From positions 448,001 through 512,000 of the forward strand of contig CAVSAC010000012.1 of the NCBI GenBank assembly GCA_963725865.1: DNA of 64,000 nucleotides. Direction: 5' to 3'. The translations under genes were made by a program, and so were the position numbers. This stretch comes from Candidatus Eiseniibacteriota bacterium (GTDB lineage: Bacteria; Eisenbacteria; RBG-16-71-46). Of the stretch, positions 1 to 9,574 are shown one piece after another (the stretch's first letter is position 1; the number at the start of each line of letters is the position of its first letter). The notes below the pieces were generated by a model. It was not told the DNA's origin and did not search any database. It worked only from the letters and a program-made list of their open reading frames with translations.

Positions 1-1779
1 GAGCCGGCGCTCGACCACCGCCTCGTCCCGCACCACGCGGAAGATCGCCTCGGGGTCCACGCTCAGCGCCGGGGCCCGCTCGAGCATCCGCGCGAGCGCG
101 GCGCCGCAGCGATAGCGCACCTCGAAGCGCGTGTCGGCGAGTCCGCGGACCAGGCCGTCCACCGCGCGCGGCGTGGCGCAGTCCGCCAGCACGCCGGGGA
201 TTCGGCGGCGGACATCGAAGGCGCTGGCGGGATCGAGCAGCGCGTCGACCAGCTGCCCGGTGTGTCGCGACGCGACGCGATTCAGCGCCGCGACCACCGC
301 GGGCGCGGCCTCGGGCTGCGCCAGCAGCGCGATGGCGTGCGCGACTCCGGCGGCGTCCAGCGGCGCGCCGTCGACCAGCGGTTCCCGCGCCCGCGCGGGC
401 TCGCCGCCGCGCGTCTCGGGCCGGCGCGCGGTCAGGTAGGGCGAGGCCGCCGCGCCCCCCGATCCGAGCACGCGCAGCACCGAAGTGCGCGTCGTCTGGT
501 CCTCGACCGCAGCCAGATCGAGCCGCACGGCGCCCGCGCGCAGGCCGGCCTCGAGCGAGTCGACGTAGCCGCGCTGGAGCCGCGCCACGATGCCGAGCGT
601 GGCCAAGGCGGTCAGCACCGCCAGCGCGAGCAGGACCGGCTGCGAGATCATGGGCACCATCAGCAGCACCAACGCGGTGAGGCCGGCGCCGGTCACGTCG
701 CCGAGCCGCTCGCACCCCACGTCCACGAGGGTCTTGGTGGCGCGCTTCTCGGCCGCCGGGATCGGGGTGTAGAACATCTCGTAGCTGGTCCGGAACAGCG
801 ACCCGCGCAGCACGCCCTCGAGCCCGCGCGCCAGTCCCACGGTCCACGGGCCCGGGAGCAGCGCGGAGGCCATGCCGCCCACGATCAGTCCGCCGTGGAG
901 GGCGCCGATGCTGCGCGCCAGTCCGACCCGCTCGAGCGCCCGGCGCGTCAGCAACGTCTGGGCGACGAACGTCAGCACCCCGACGATCGCGTAGAACGCC
1001 GAGAACAGGCGCACCAGGTCCAGGCCCTGGCGCGCCACGCCCGCGGCCTGCGCCTTGAACACGTAGTCGAGCAGCGCGACGCTCGCCGCGCTGCCGAACA
1101 CCAGCAGGGCGAGGTTGCGCAGGTAGGGCGTGACGAGCAGCCGCCGCAGCGCCTCCGCGGTCGGCAGCGCGGCCCGCGCGGCGGCTGGCTCCGCGGGCGG
1201 CGCGATCGGCGTGGGCATGCGGTAGGTGCTCCACGCGCACCAGCCGTGCGCGAGCGCCAGCGCCGGGAGCGTGCTCGCGACCCCGGTCCACGCGGTCAGG
1301 CGCTCGGCGAGCACGCCGCCCGCCAATCCTCCGAGCGTGCCGACCGCCGCGATGCGGCCGAGGCGGCGGCGCGCGCTGCGCGGGTCGTAGCGCTCGTTGA
1401 CGATCGACCAGAAGCCCGAGATCAGCACCGGTCCGAGCGCGGCGACGTGCAGGTACACCGCGATCGCCCCGAGGTCCGGCCGCCGCAGCGTGAGGCCCCA
1501 CTCGGCGAGCGTCAGCAGCGCGCTGACGAGGAACGCGACCGGAATCGCGCGGGCCGGGCCGTAGGCCGCGGTCGCGCGGGTGGCCAGCAGCGCCACCACG
1601 ATCGAGAGCAGCGCGGAGCCCGCGACCATCGCGGGCAGGGAGTGGACGTGGAAGTTGGTGAGGAACAGCGCGTCGCGCACGGCGCGCGAGGCCACCTGGT
1701 ACGTCATCATGACCGCCGAGGTGGCCATCGCGGCGACCGTCAGCGGACGCATGCTGGTGGGAGGGGCCGGTCGCCTCAT
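1..1779 (-). CDS. TLC/Npt1-like nucleotide transporter (MFS) with C-terminal HEAT-like repeats, 3' end outside window
   Basis: Hand translation from ATG 1779: MRRPAPPTSMRPLTVAAMATSAVMMTYQVASRAVRDALFLTNFHVHSLPAM..., many TM segments, then a helical Ala/Leu-rich region. Open to the window edge, so absent from the ORF track. Confidence 0.7.
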   Translation of the reverse strand, partial: MRRPAPPTSMRPLTVAAMATSAVMMTYQVASRAVRDALFLTNFHVHSLPAMVAGSALLSIVVALLATRATAAYGPARAIPVAFLVSALLTLAEWGLTLRRPDLGAIAVYLHVAALGPVLISGFWSIVNERYDPRSARRRLGRIAAVGTLGGLAGGVLAERLTAWTGVASTLPALALAHGWCAWSTYRMPTPIAPPAEPAAARAALPTAEALRRLLVTPYLRNLALLVFGSAASVALLDYVFKAQAAGVARQGLDLVRLFSAFYAIVGVLTFVAQTLLTRRALERVGLARSIGALHGGLIVGGMASALLPGPWTVGLARGLEGVLRGSLFRTSYEMFYTPIPAAEKRATKTLVDVGCERLGDVTGAGLTALVLLMVPMISQPVLLALAVLTALATLGIVARLQRGYVDSLEAGLRAGAVRLDLAAVEDQTTRTSVLRVLGSGGAAASPYLTARRPETRGGEPARAREPLVDGAPLDAAGVAHAIALLAQPEAAPAVVAALNRVASRHTGQLVDALLDPASAFDVRRRIPGVLADCATPRAVDGLVRGLADTRFEVRYRCGAALARMLERAPALSVDPEAIFRVVRDEAVVERRL

Positions 1780-2085
1780 GCGCGGCCCCGGAAGCGGCGC
1801 GCGCCCGCGCGGGCGGCGCTGGCGGGCAGCCGGGCGCCCCGGCGCGGGTCCGCGCCGTGCGGAGGCGCGCCGGCGCACAGTGGTGCCGGATGGGGCGTGA
1901 GCGCGACGTGCAGCGTGCGACCCCCGCGGGGAGCGGCCCGACCGGATCAGGACTGCGCGGACGAATTCGACTGGGCGCGGACTCTACACCATCGCGCGCG
2001 CCCCGGGCGCTCGATCCCGCAGCGGCCTCCACGCCGCGTTCCGTCTCCATGCCGCGCGGGCCACGCCCGCGCCGCCGCCCGCGCG

Positions 2086-4572
2086 CTACTTCGCGTGCTT
2101 GCGATCCTGCTCCTCCCGCTTCTCCTTCTCGCGCTCGCTCGCCAGCTCGCGCCGCCACTGCGCGCACATGCGCTGGAAGCGCGGATCGCCTCGCAGCGGC
2201 GCCAGGTCGCGATCGTCCGGCGCGATCCCGCCGACGTCCATGCCACGGGCCTCCGCGAGCTGGAGGCAGCGCAGCGCCTCGTCGATCCGTCGCGCCTGAG
2301 CGTGGGCGCACGCCAGGTTGTAGGTCGAGGTCGAGATGCGATAGCCGCTCGCCAGCGCGCGGCCGTAGGCGTCGGCACTGCCGTCCCAGTCGCCCGCGCG
2401 GAGCCGCGCGAAGCCCAGGTTCCACCACGCTCGGCCGAGGTCCGGGTGCTCGCGTGCCACCCGCTCGTAGCGCGGCAGCTCCGCGCGCCAGGTGCCCCAC
2501 GCCGGGAGGCCCCGCATCGAGCCCGACAACTCGAGATCGCTCGCCAGCGCGACCAGCGCGTCGAAGCGCGGATCGTCGTGCAGCGCTTCCAGGTCGTGGT
2601 CTCCAGAGATCTTCCCGGGGTCGCCGTAGCCGGAACGGATGGAGAGCTCGAGCAGGTCCAGACCGCGCGCGCGCTGCCCGGCGAGCGACCAGGCGCACGC
2701 CAGGTTGTAGAGTGCCGCGGCGCTGGAATCGATCTTGAACTGCGCGGCGAACGCGGCGGCCGAACGCCCGTACTCCGAGAGGCGCAACAGCTCGATGCCG
2801 CTCGAGTGCCACTGGTCGGCGTCGGACGACGCCGAGGACCGCAGCGCGTCGAACTGGGCGACGGCGTGGTTCCGCTTCGCTTCCGCGGCGTCGGTGTTCA
2901 TCGCCCGCGTCAGCAGCCGGCCGAAGCCCGGAGTGTCGCGCAGGGTGTCGAGATCCTCGTCGGAGTGGATCAGCTCCGGCTCGTCGAACCCGGCGTCGAG
3001 CGCCTTGCCGAGGGCATCGAGCGCCGCGGCGCGCTGGCCCGAGCGCGCGAACGAGCACGCGGCGTTGTAGTACGACGTGGCGATGTGCTGGCCGGCAGCG
3101 GCCGCGTTCAGGTACGCGGTCGCCGCGGCGGCGAAGCGTCCCGCGTTGTAGTGCGCGCGCGCGGCGTCGTACCAGTCGGCGCCCGAGCGCGCGCCCGCCG
3201 GCTGGAGCGGCACGGCCGGCGTGACGGGAGCCGGCCCGACCGCGGGCACCGCGTCCACCCCGCGCCCGTTGGGCTCGATGTGAGGCTCCTCGAACGCTTC
3301 GGCGGTCGCCGTCCGGATCGTCGCGCGCTCGCGGGTCTCGGTGCGCTCGCGGGCCTCGGTGCATGCGCGCGTCTCGGCGCGTGCGCGCGCCTCGGTGCAT
3401 GCGCGCCTCTCGGCAGCTTTGCGCGTCGTGGCCGTCGCGCATTCGCTGCCCGACGAGCATGACGGCGCGGCGATCACGCGAGCCGACGCCAGCGGCACCA
3501 GCAGCGTGAGCGCGGCGAGCCCGATGGCGGCGGTGGCGATGCGCGTCGCGGGGCGGCGCGAGGCGCCGGGCTCGAGGATCGCCGCGATCCGGCGCTCGAG
3601 GGTCGAGCGGCGCGCGAACGCCGGCGCGACCCCGCGCAGGGCGTCCGCCCCGCGCGCCGACTGCGCGATCGCGAGCAGCCACTCCGCGTAGTCGCTGGGG
3701 CGCGCGCCCGCGCTCAGCACCACGTCGTCGCAGGCCTGCTCGCACGCCAGCCCGGCCTCGCGGGCCAGCCGGCCGACCAGCGGATGGAACCACAGCAGCG
3801 CGCGGCAGCCGCGCGTGAGCAGCAGCGCGAGGCCGTCGTGACGTGCCACGTGCGCCAGCTCGTGCAGCAGCACGGCGCTCAGGCGCTCCGCCGGGCCGGC
3901 GAGCGTCGCGGGCGGCAGCAGCAGCACCGGATGCCGCACGCCGAACACGGCGGGGACCGCCAGCGCTTCCGTGCGGCGCAGCGCGACCGGCCGCCGGATG
4001 CCCAGGCGACGGCGCACGTGCTCGGCCTCGGCGACCACCGCCGGATCGTCGATCGGCACGGCGGCGCGGGCCACGCGGGCGGCGGCGAGCATCGAGGCGA
4101 GCAGCCGCGCGGTCAAACCCAGGGACACCGCCAGGCACGCCAGCAGCAGGGCCGCGGCGAGCGTGCCCCACGGGAACCGACGCGCGATCGGGGAGGCCGG
4201 GCGCACGAACGCGGGCCGCGCGGCGGACGTCGTCACGGCGGGGGCCGGCGGAACGGTGGCGCGCGCGGCGAGCACGCCGTTCTCCGGCGCGTCGGCGCGG
4301 AGGGCGATCAGGGTCGGCGGCGCCGCGCCAGCGGGTGGGAGCCAGGCGAGCGGCAGCGCGGGGAGCAGCAGGGTGGCGAGCGGCAGCGCGAGGACCGCCG
4401 CGAGCGTCACCACGGCGATGCGATGCCGCAGTGCGGCCGCGGCGCGCGGCCGCAGCGCGAGCACCGCGAGGCCCGCGGCGGCGATCAGGGTGATGCGCAG
4501 CAGCATCTGCAGCTGGCCGCCCCAGGTGCCGAGGCCGGCGGGCTGACGCAGGAGATCGAGGAGCAGGGACAT
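2086..4572 (-). CDS. BlaR1/M56 family metallopeptidase with C-terminal TPR domain
   Basis: MSLLLDLL start overlaps the BlaI stop (TGATG). TM helices, HELAH zinc motif, EQACDD motif, and repeated YNxACxxA TPR-like units. Confidence 0.88.
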   Translation of the reverse strand: MSLLLDLLRQPAGLGTWGGQLQMLLRITLIAAAGLAVLALRPRAAAALRHRIAVVTLAAVLALPLATLLLPALPLAWLPPAGAAPPTLIALRADAPENGVLAARATVPPAPAVTTSAARPAFVRPASPIARRFPWGTLAAALLLACLAVSLGLTARLLASMLAAARVARAAVPIDDPAVVAEAEHVRRRLGIRRPVALRRTEALAVPAVFGVRHPVLLLPPATLAGPAERLSAVLLHELAHVARHDGLALLLTRGCRALLWFHPLVGRLAREAGLACEQACDDVVLSAGARPSDYAEWLLAIAQSARGADALRGVAPAFARRSTLERRIAAILEPGASRRPATRIATAAIGLAALTLLVPLASARVIAAPSCSSGSECATATTRKAAERRACTEARARAETRACTEARERTETRERATIRTATAEAFEEPHIEPNGRGVDAVPAVGPAPVTPAVPLQPAGARSGADWYDAARAHYNAGRFAAAATAYLNAAAAGQHIATSYYNAACSFARSGQRAAALDALGKALDAGFDEPELIHSDEDLDTLRDTPGFGRLLTRAMNTDAAEAKRNHAVAQFDALRSSASSDADQWHSSGIELLRLSEYGRSAAAFAAQFKIDSSAAALYNLACAWSLAGQRARGLDLLELSIRSGYGDPGKISGDHDLEALHDDPRFDALVALASDLELSGSMRGLPAWGTWRAELPRYERVAREHPDLGRAWWNLGFARLRAGDWDGSADAYGRALASGYRISTSTYNLACAHAQARRIDEALRCLQLAEARGMDVGGIAPDDRDLAPLRGDPRFQRMCAQWRRELASEREKEKREEQDRKHAK
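3325..3414 (-). repeat. Degenerate 18-nt tandem repeat encoding hexapeptides (AERRAC TEARAR AETRAC TEARER TETRER)
   Basis: About five imperfect units visible in both DNA and protein, in the linker between the M56 and TPR domains. Confidence 0.65.
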
Positions 4573-4955
4573 CACCGGCCCTCCTTGCGGGCGCGTTCGA
4601 TGAGCGCCGCGGCGCGCTCCAGTCCATCGCGGTCCAGTCGTGCGGCCTCGTGCTCGAGCAGCGTCAACACCGCGTTCGCCGGCGAGCCGTCGAAGAACGT
4701 CTCGAGCAGGTGCTGGATCGCGGTCTGGCGCGCCCGACTGCGGTTCACCGTCGGCCGGTAGACGTAGCGCGTGCCGCTCTCGGCGTGTCGCAGCAGCCCC
4801 TTCTGCTCGAGGATGCTGAGCGTCGCGCGCACCGCCGAATAGCTGGGCGGCTCCGCCATCCGCGTGCGGATCTCGACCGCGGTGGCGCTGCCGCACGCGT
4901 ACACGATGTCCATGATCTCGCGCTCGCGCCGGCTCAGGGATCGAAGTCGCTGCAT
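4572..4955 (-). CDS. BlaI/MecI/CopY family transcriptional repressor
   Basis: LSRREREIMDIVY...PPSYSAVRATLSILEQKG...YVYRP...FFDGS; coupled to the M56 gene. Confidence 0.92.
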   Translation of the reverse strand: MQRLRSLSRREREIMDIVYACGSATAVEIRTRMAEPPSYSAVRATLSILEQKGLLRHAESGTRYVYRPTVNRSRARQTAIQHLLETFFDGSPANAVLTLLEHEAARLDRDGLERAAALIERARKEGR

Positions 4956-4972
4956 GGTGCCCTCCGTGTTCG

Positions 4973-5005
4973 TGCTGAATTTTCAGCAGTGCTGGAAAAC
5001 TAGCA
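4973..5005. promoter_or_regulatory. Two tandem 16-bp palindromic operators, probable BlaI autoregulation sites
   Basis: TGCTGAATTTTCAGCA (4973-4988) and TGCTGGAAAACTAGCA (4990-5005): AT-rich inverted repeats just upstream of the repressor start. Confidence 0.7.
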
Positions 5006-5025
5006 GAGGCCCGGACGCGCTTCAA
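4997..5025 (-). promoter_or_regulatory. Sigma70-type promoter of the blaI-blaR-like operon
   Basis: Minus strand TTGAAG (5025-5020), 17-nt spacer, TAGTTT (5002-4997) with an extended TG; the -10 overlaps operator 2. Confidence 0.6.
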
Positions 5026-5301
5026 GGATCGAATGGCCGCAGGCGCGGCGCCGGACACCGGCCGGGGGGGCGCGCGGCCCGCGGCCGCGGCAGCGCGCGG
5101 TCCGGGCCCGCGCCGGCGCGCGGTGCACCGTCGGCGCGGGGCCCCAAGCCGGGTGAGCCGCCGGCCGATAACCGGGGCGAGCCGCGCCGGGCCGGCGCGA
5201 CGGATCCCTCCGCGGCCATGCTCGACGGACGGGCCGTCTCCGCGCCCGCCGGGCCCGGCAGTCCGCCGCGCACCGAATCGCAAGAATGGAGGCCGCCCGT
5301 C

Positions 5302-5985
5302 ATGCCCGCAGACCCGACTCCCGCCCCACGCTCGCTCTCGCCCTGGTGGGCGCTGCTGCTCCTGCCGATCGCGCTGTCGATCGGCTGGTTCGTGGGCGCG
5401 GTGCCGGGGCCCGCGTCGCCGGTGGCGAAGCCGGTGCCGGCGCCCACCGGGCCGCCGGCGATCGCGGGCGCTCCGGCCTCCATCGCGCCCGCCCGCGGCG
5501 GCAGCCCGAGCGGGCTACCGGGCTGGGACTCCGCGCCGGCCGCCGAGCGTGCCGCCGGCGCCGCACCGGCGCCGGTCGCGACCGCGGTGCCCGAGGGCGA
5601 GCGGCCGCGCGCCGAGGTCTCGGACTGGACCACGATCGAGCAGGCGATGACGGAGTCGCAGCGCACCGGCAAGCCGATCATGATCGACTTCAACGCGGAT
5701 TGGTGCGGACCCTGCCAGGCGCTGAAGCACCAGGTGTTCGAGGACGCTGACCGCGGCGAGGCGGTGAGGACCGCGGTGATCCCGGTGTCGGTCGTGGACC
5801 GCGCGCGCGAGGAGGGCAACAACCCGCCGGGGATCGACTACCTGCAGAAGCGCTTCGGGGTCGACGCGTTCCCGACCCTGGTCGTGTTCTCGCCCCAGAG
5901 CGGCCGCAGCGTGAAGACCAAGGGCTTCGGTGACGCCGACGACGCGGTGCGGTGGATCACCCAGGCGGCCCGCTCGGTGCAGTGA
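5302..5985 (+). CDS. Membrane-anchored thioredoxin family protein
   Basis: N-terminal TM helix, Pro/Ala linker, DFNADWCGPC active site and cis-Pro FPT motif. Confidence 0.85.
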   Translation: MPADPTPAPRSLSPWWALLLLPIALSIGWFVGAVPGPASPVAKPVPAPTGPPAIAGAPASIAPARGGSPSGLPGWDSAPAAERAAGAAPAPVATAVPEGERPRAEVSDWTTIEQAMTESQRTGKPIMIDFNADWCGPCQALKHQVFEDADRGEAVRTAVIPVSVVDRAREEGNNPPGIDYLQKRFGVDAFPTLVVFSPQSGRSVKTKGFGDADDAVRWITQAARSVQ

Positions 5986-6104
5986 CCGCTTCCCTCAGCC
6001 GCCCGGGGCATGGGAGCCCGCGCGGCGTTCGAGCTCCCGCGGCCGCTGCCGTGGCCCGCCCGGAGGACTGACCCCGGGCGGGCCACGGTGCGCGGACGGT
6101 CGGC

Positions 6105-8777
6105 TCAGGCCGCTTTCGCGATGTCCTCGCCGTCGTCGTCGTGGCGGCGCGCGCCCTTCACGGCCGCGCGCACGCGGGCAGTCGTCTTGCGCTCCTCGCG
6201 CAGGTTCTCGATCGCGGCCTCGGCCTGCTTGAGCAGGAACTGCAGCGAGCCGGCCTTCTCGACCGCCTGGTCGACGATCACCTTCTGGCCCTCGAGCGCA
6301 TCGATGCTGGAGCGAACGTCCACGAGCAGCGCGTCGGCCCGGGCCAGCCGCTCCTCGGCCTTCGACATCTGCCGCTTGCGCTCGTCGAGCGCGCTCGCGG
6401 TGTCGCGCACCTCCTGCACCCGCTGCTGGACGTCGAGGAGCATCGTGCGGCTCTCCTCGAGCTCCTGCTGGGCGGACGTGATCTCGCGGACGTGCGTCGA
6501 GGTCGACTCCGCCATCGCGAACATGCGGTCGAGGTCGGCCTGCAGCGACTCGATCGTGCCCTGGCGGGCGTCGATCTGCGCCAGCGACTGGGCAATCTGC
6601 TCCTCCATCAGGTCCCACTTCGCCATCCGGGTCTCGAAGCGGGCGAGGCGATCCTCGACCGCGTGCAGCCCGTCGGCGCGCTGCTCGAGCTGGGTGGACA
6701 CCTCGTCCACCTGCGTGACCCGCTGGTCCGCGGTCGCCAGCGCCGTGGTGAGCCGCTGGGTCAGCTCGTCCAGTTTCTGCGCTGCAGTGGCCGCCTCCTG
6801 GCGCAGGGAGGACGCCTTCTTGAGGTCCTTCGCGGCCGCCTCGAGCGCGTGCTGGCGCTGGTCCAGCTCCTCGCGCATCGTGCGGGTCTCCTCGGCGAGC
6901 GTCTCGACCGAGGCGCAGCGCTCCTCGACCGCGCCCACCATCGCGCGCACCTGATCCGTGCGCTGCACAGCCTCGCGAACGCTCGCGGTCACCGCGCCGA
7001 TGGTCTGGCTGAGGCGGGCGGCCTCCTCGGACTGCGAGCCCAGGCTCACGAAGCCCTGCTCGGCCGCCTCCATGCGCATCTGCAGCTGCTGGCTGCGATC
7101 GTCGAGTCGCGCCGCGAGCGCCCCCAGCTCGGTCGTCCGCCGGTGCAGGTCGTCGACGAACTCGCGCCGCGCATCGATCACCGACGTGGTCTCGTTCACG
7201 CGCTCGGCTTCGTGCAGCGCGTGCTGGATGGCGGGCGCCAGCGAGTTGAGCGCGCCGACCTGGTCCCTCAGTTCGGCGACCGACCGCTCCACGCCCTCCA
7301 TCCAGGTACGAGCCTCGGACTGATTGGCGCGGATCCGCACGATCTCGTCGTGCGCGAGCTGCGCCTGTTCCAGCGCGTCCTGCACCATCGCGTGCGCCCC
7401 GCTGAGCTGCTCGAGGTCGCGATGCGCACGTTCCACCGCGGGCCGCGCCTCCTCGATGCGGGAGACCTGGGTGCCGATCTCGCGGGTCGTGCGTCCGGCC
7501 TCGTCGAGATCGCGGCGGATGGCCTGCAGCTTCGCCATCTCGCGATCGACCTGGCCGACCTCGGTGGAGAGCGCCTGCAGCTGCGTGCCGACCGCCTGCG
7601 TCTGCGCGGTCAGCTCGCCCATCGAACGGCTCGCGTCGTTCAGGCCCTTGAAGCGGTTCTCGGCCCCGGTCAACTCGCCGCGCAGGTCGGCGACCCGCTG
7701 GCTGACCGACTCCAGGCCGCGGGACTCGAAGTCGAACCGCTCGGCGGTCTTCTTCATCTCCTCGGTCATCGCCGCGAGGTCCACGCGCATCGTGCGGGAC
7801 TGCTCGTCGGTGTCGCGCTGGAGCTTGGTGATCTCGGTGGAGCGCGCGAGCACGGACTCGTGCAGCGTGCGGAGCGCGGCGACCTGCTCCTGGAGCGCGG
7901 TCAGCGACTTCTCGTTCTCCTGCTGCTGCCGCACGCCGAGGTCGGTCTGCCGCATCGCGCGGTCGAGCACCTCGGCCTGGGCGAGCGCGCGGTCGACCGC
8001 GTCGCGCTGGGCCTCGAGCGCGGCGGTCTTCTGGGCGACCGAGTCGCCGAGCGCCTTGAGCATGCCCATCTCGCGCTTCACCTCGTCCACGGTGTGCTGC
8101 ACTCCGTCCATGCCGCGCACCGCCTGCTCCACGCCCTCCACGCGTCGTTCCTTGTCGGACATCGAGCGGCCCAGCTCGTCGCGGCGGCGGTCGAGCGCCT
8201 CCATCTTCGTGACCGCGAGCTTGTGGGCGTCCAGCAGCCGGTCGTGCTGCTCGCGCAGGCGCGCCATCCGCTCGCCGGTGCCCTCGATCTGGCTGCGGAT
8301 CGATTCGGCGTCGCCGCGCAGCTGCTGGAACGGCTTCTCGATCTCGAGGAATGCGGTCAGCTGCTCCTTGAGGCCGGCGGCGAGATCGACCTTCTGGACC
8401 AGCTCCTCCATGGTGGAGCGGATCTTCTGGGAGTCCTCGAGCGCCTGGACGATGCGCTCCTCGGCCCACTTCTGGCTCTGCGTGAGGCCGGCGGCGCGCT
8501 CGTCGAGGCTCTCGAACAGCGAGGACAGCCGCACCATCGCCTCGAAGCGCTGCTGCAGCTCGGTCAGTCGCGTGGAGACCGCGTCGACGTCGGTGCCGGC
8601 CTTCGCGAGCGGCTCGTCGAGCTGCTGCAGGCGCTCGGCCGAGGCGTTCGCGTGCTTCAGCAGCGACTCGAAGCGTTCCCGCTCCCGCCGCATCTCGTCG
8701 AGCATCTCCCGCATCTCGGTGGCGGCTTCGCGATCCTTCGAGGAATTCCCGAGCAGGCTCTTGAGCAGCGGGGCCAT
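6105..8777 (-). CDS. Long coiled-coil protein (890 aa), no recognisable ATPase head
   Basis: Continuous E/Q/R/L/A heptad-like composition, very few prolines, GGAG RBS upstream. Confidence 0.85.
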   Translation of the reverse strand: MAPLLKSLLGNSSKDREAATEMREMLDEMRRERERFESLLKHANASAERLQQLDEPLAKAGTDVDAVSTRLTELQQRFEAMVRLSSLFESLDERAAGLTQSQKWAEERIVQALEDSQKIRSTMEELVQKVDLAAGLKEQLTAFLEIEKPFQQLRGDAESIRSQIEGTGERMARLREQHDRLLDAHKLAVTKMEALDRRRDELGRSMSDKERRVEGVEQAVRGMDGVQHTVDEVKREMGMLKALGDSVAQKTAALEAQRDAVDRALAQAEVLDRAMRQTDLGVRQQQENEKSLTALQEQVAALRTLHESVLARSTEITKLQRDTDEQSRTMRVDLAAMTEEMKKTAERFDFESRGLESVSQRVADLRGELTGAENRFKGLNDASRSMGELTAQTQAVGTQLQALSTEVGQVDREMAKLQAIRRDLDEAGRTTREIGTQVSRIEEARPAVERAHRDLEQLSGAHAMVQDALEQAQLAHDEIVRIRANQSEARTWMEGVERSVAELRDQVGALNSLAPAIQHALHEAERVNETTSVIDARREFVDDLHRRTTELGALAARLDDRSQQLQMRMEAAEQGFVSLGSQSEEAARLSQTIGAVTASVREAVQRTDQVRAMVGAVEERCASVETLAEETRTMREELDQRQHALEAAAKDLKKASSLRQEAATAAQKLDELTQRLTTALATADQRVTQVDEVSTQLEQRADGLHAVEDRLARFETRMAKWDLMEEQIAQSLAQIDARQGTIESLQADLDRMFAMAESTSTHVREITSAQQELEESRTMLLDVQQRVQEVRDTASALDERKRQMSKAEERLARADALLVDVRSSIDALEGQKVIVDQAVEKAGSLQFLLKQAEAAIENLREERKTTARVRAAVKGARRHDDDGEDIAKAA

Positions 8778-8889
8778 GATTCACTCCTTGCGGGCACACC
8801 GCCCCCGTCGGGGCGGCAGTTCCAGTCGTCGATCCGGGAGTCGAGGCCGACTCCTCGGTGCGGGGGGGACGCGATTCGCGCGCTACGCG

Positions 8890-8905
8890 AGCAAGATGCG
8901 CGCCG
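8890..8905 (-). promoter_or_regulatory. Candidate sigma54 (-24/-12) promoter for the coiled-coil gene
   Basis: Minus strand CGGCGCGCATCTTGCT: GG-N10-GC spacing with TTGCT, about 110 nt upstream of the ATG. Confidence 0.4.
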
Positions 8906-9231
8906 CCGAGGGGGGGCTCCCCGGGGTCGGGCGGCACCCGGCCGGCGACGCGGGCACACGAGCGCAGATAGCCCTGCGGGGAGCCCGCGAGCCGGGCCGC
9001 GCGGACCGTCGCCCGGGCCCGGCACGAGGCCAGAAAAGCGCCATCCCGCGCGCGGTCGCCCAGGAAGTGGTCGGCGGCCGGGAGTGGCGACTGGCCGGCC
9101 GCCGGGACGGGCTCGCCCGCGGCGTGTCGTGGTTCTCGCCCGCGTCGGATTGCAGTTCGCCGCGGCCAGGCCCTCGCCGGGCGGGCCGGCGGCGGCGGCG
9201 CGGACCCGCGCCGGGGTCGCGCCGCCCGGGC

Positions 9232-9477
9232 TCAGACCGCGGCCGCACCACTCGCGCGACCGGCCTCGGTCGCGGCGGCGACCTCGATCAGGCGGCCGGA
9301 CTTCACGTGCGCGTCGCCCTCGGCGAGTCCGGCGAGCATCGCGGGATCGAGGCGCGCGTTCATGCAGGTGAGGACCGCGAACCGGTGCCCGGGCGGCAGC
9401 GGCAGCGCGCCCTTGTCACCGAACTGCGCGACGTACCTCTGATTCGCGGCCAGCACTTCGTCGAGGATCCTGCTCAT
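9232..9477 (-). pseudogene. Beta-carbonic anhydrase (clade D/COS-hydrolase-like) with a large in-frame internal deletion
   Basis: The N-terminal half (...[13 protein letters not shown]...GDAHV) is joined directly to the family's C-terminal KSGRLIEV. The RNAGG and HxxC segments are missing and CxD reads CxN. AGGAG RBS is intact. Confidence 0.8.
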
Positions 9478-9507
9478 CGTGGGACTCCTGTGGGATGTGG
9501 GGTGGAC

Positions 9508-9547
9508 GAAAACGACCGCGGCCCCCGCTGTCTGCGGGGGCCGCGGT
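9508..9547 (-). terminator. Intrinsic terminator/attenuator hairpin upstream of the beta-CA gene
   Basis: Perfect 14-bp stem ACCGCGGCCCCCGC (9515-9528) / GCGGGGGCCGCGGT (9534-9547), 5-nt loop, followed on the minus strand by CGTTTT. Confidence 0.7.
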
Positions 9548-9574
9548 GTCGGTATGCCGGTCGTGCTTCGAGGT

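Noticed and set aside
262..3462. Very long alternative-frame and antisense ORFs (e.g. 262-3462 +, 6141-9371 +, 30801-36605 +, 31288-36945 -)
   Set aside because: These are Arg/Ala/Gly-rich shadows of real genes, caused by stop-codon scarcity at high GC; they have no motifs. Only the N-terminal ~50 codons of 31288-36945 are real (the kinase start).
6105..8777. SMC or methyl-accepting chemotaxis protein call for the coiled-coil protein
   Set aside because: No Walker A/B, hinge or MCP signalling-hairpin motif is visible.
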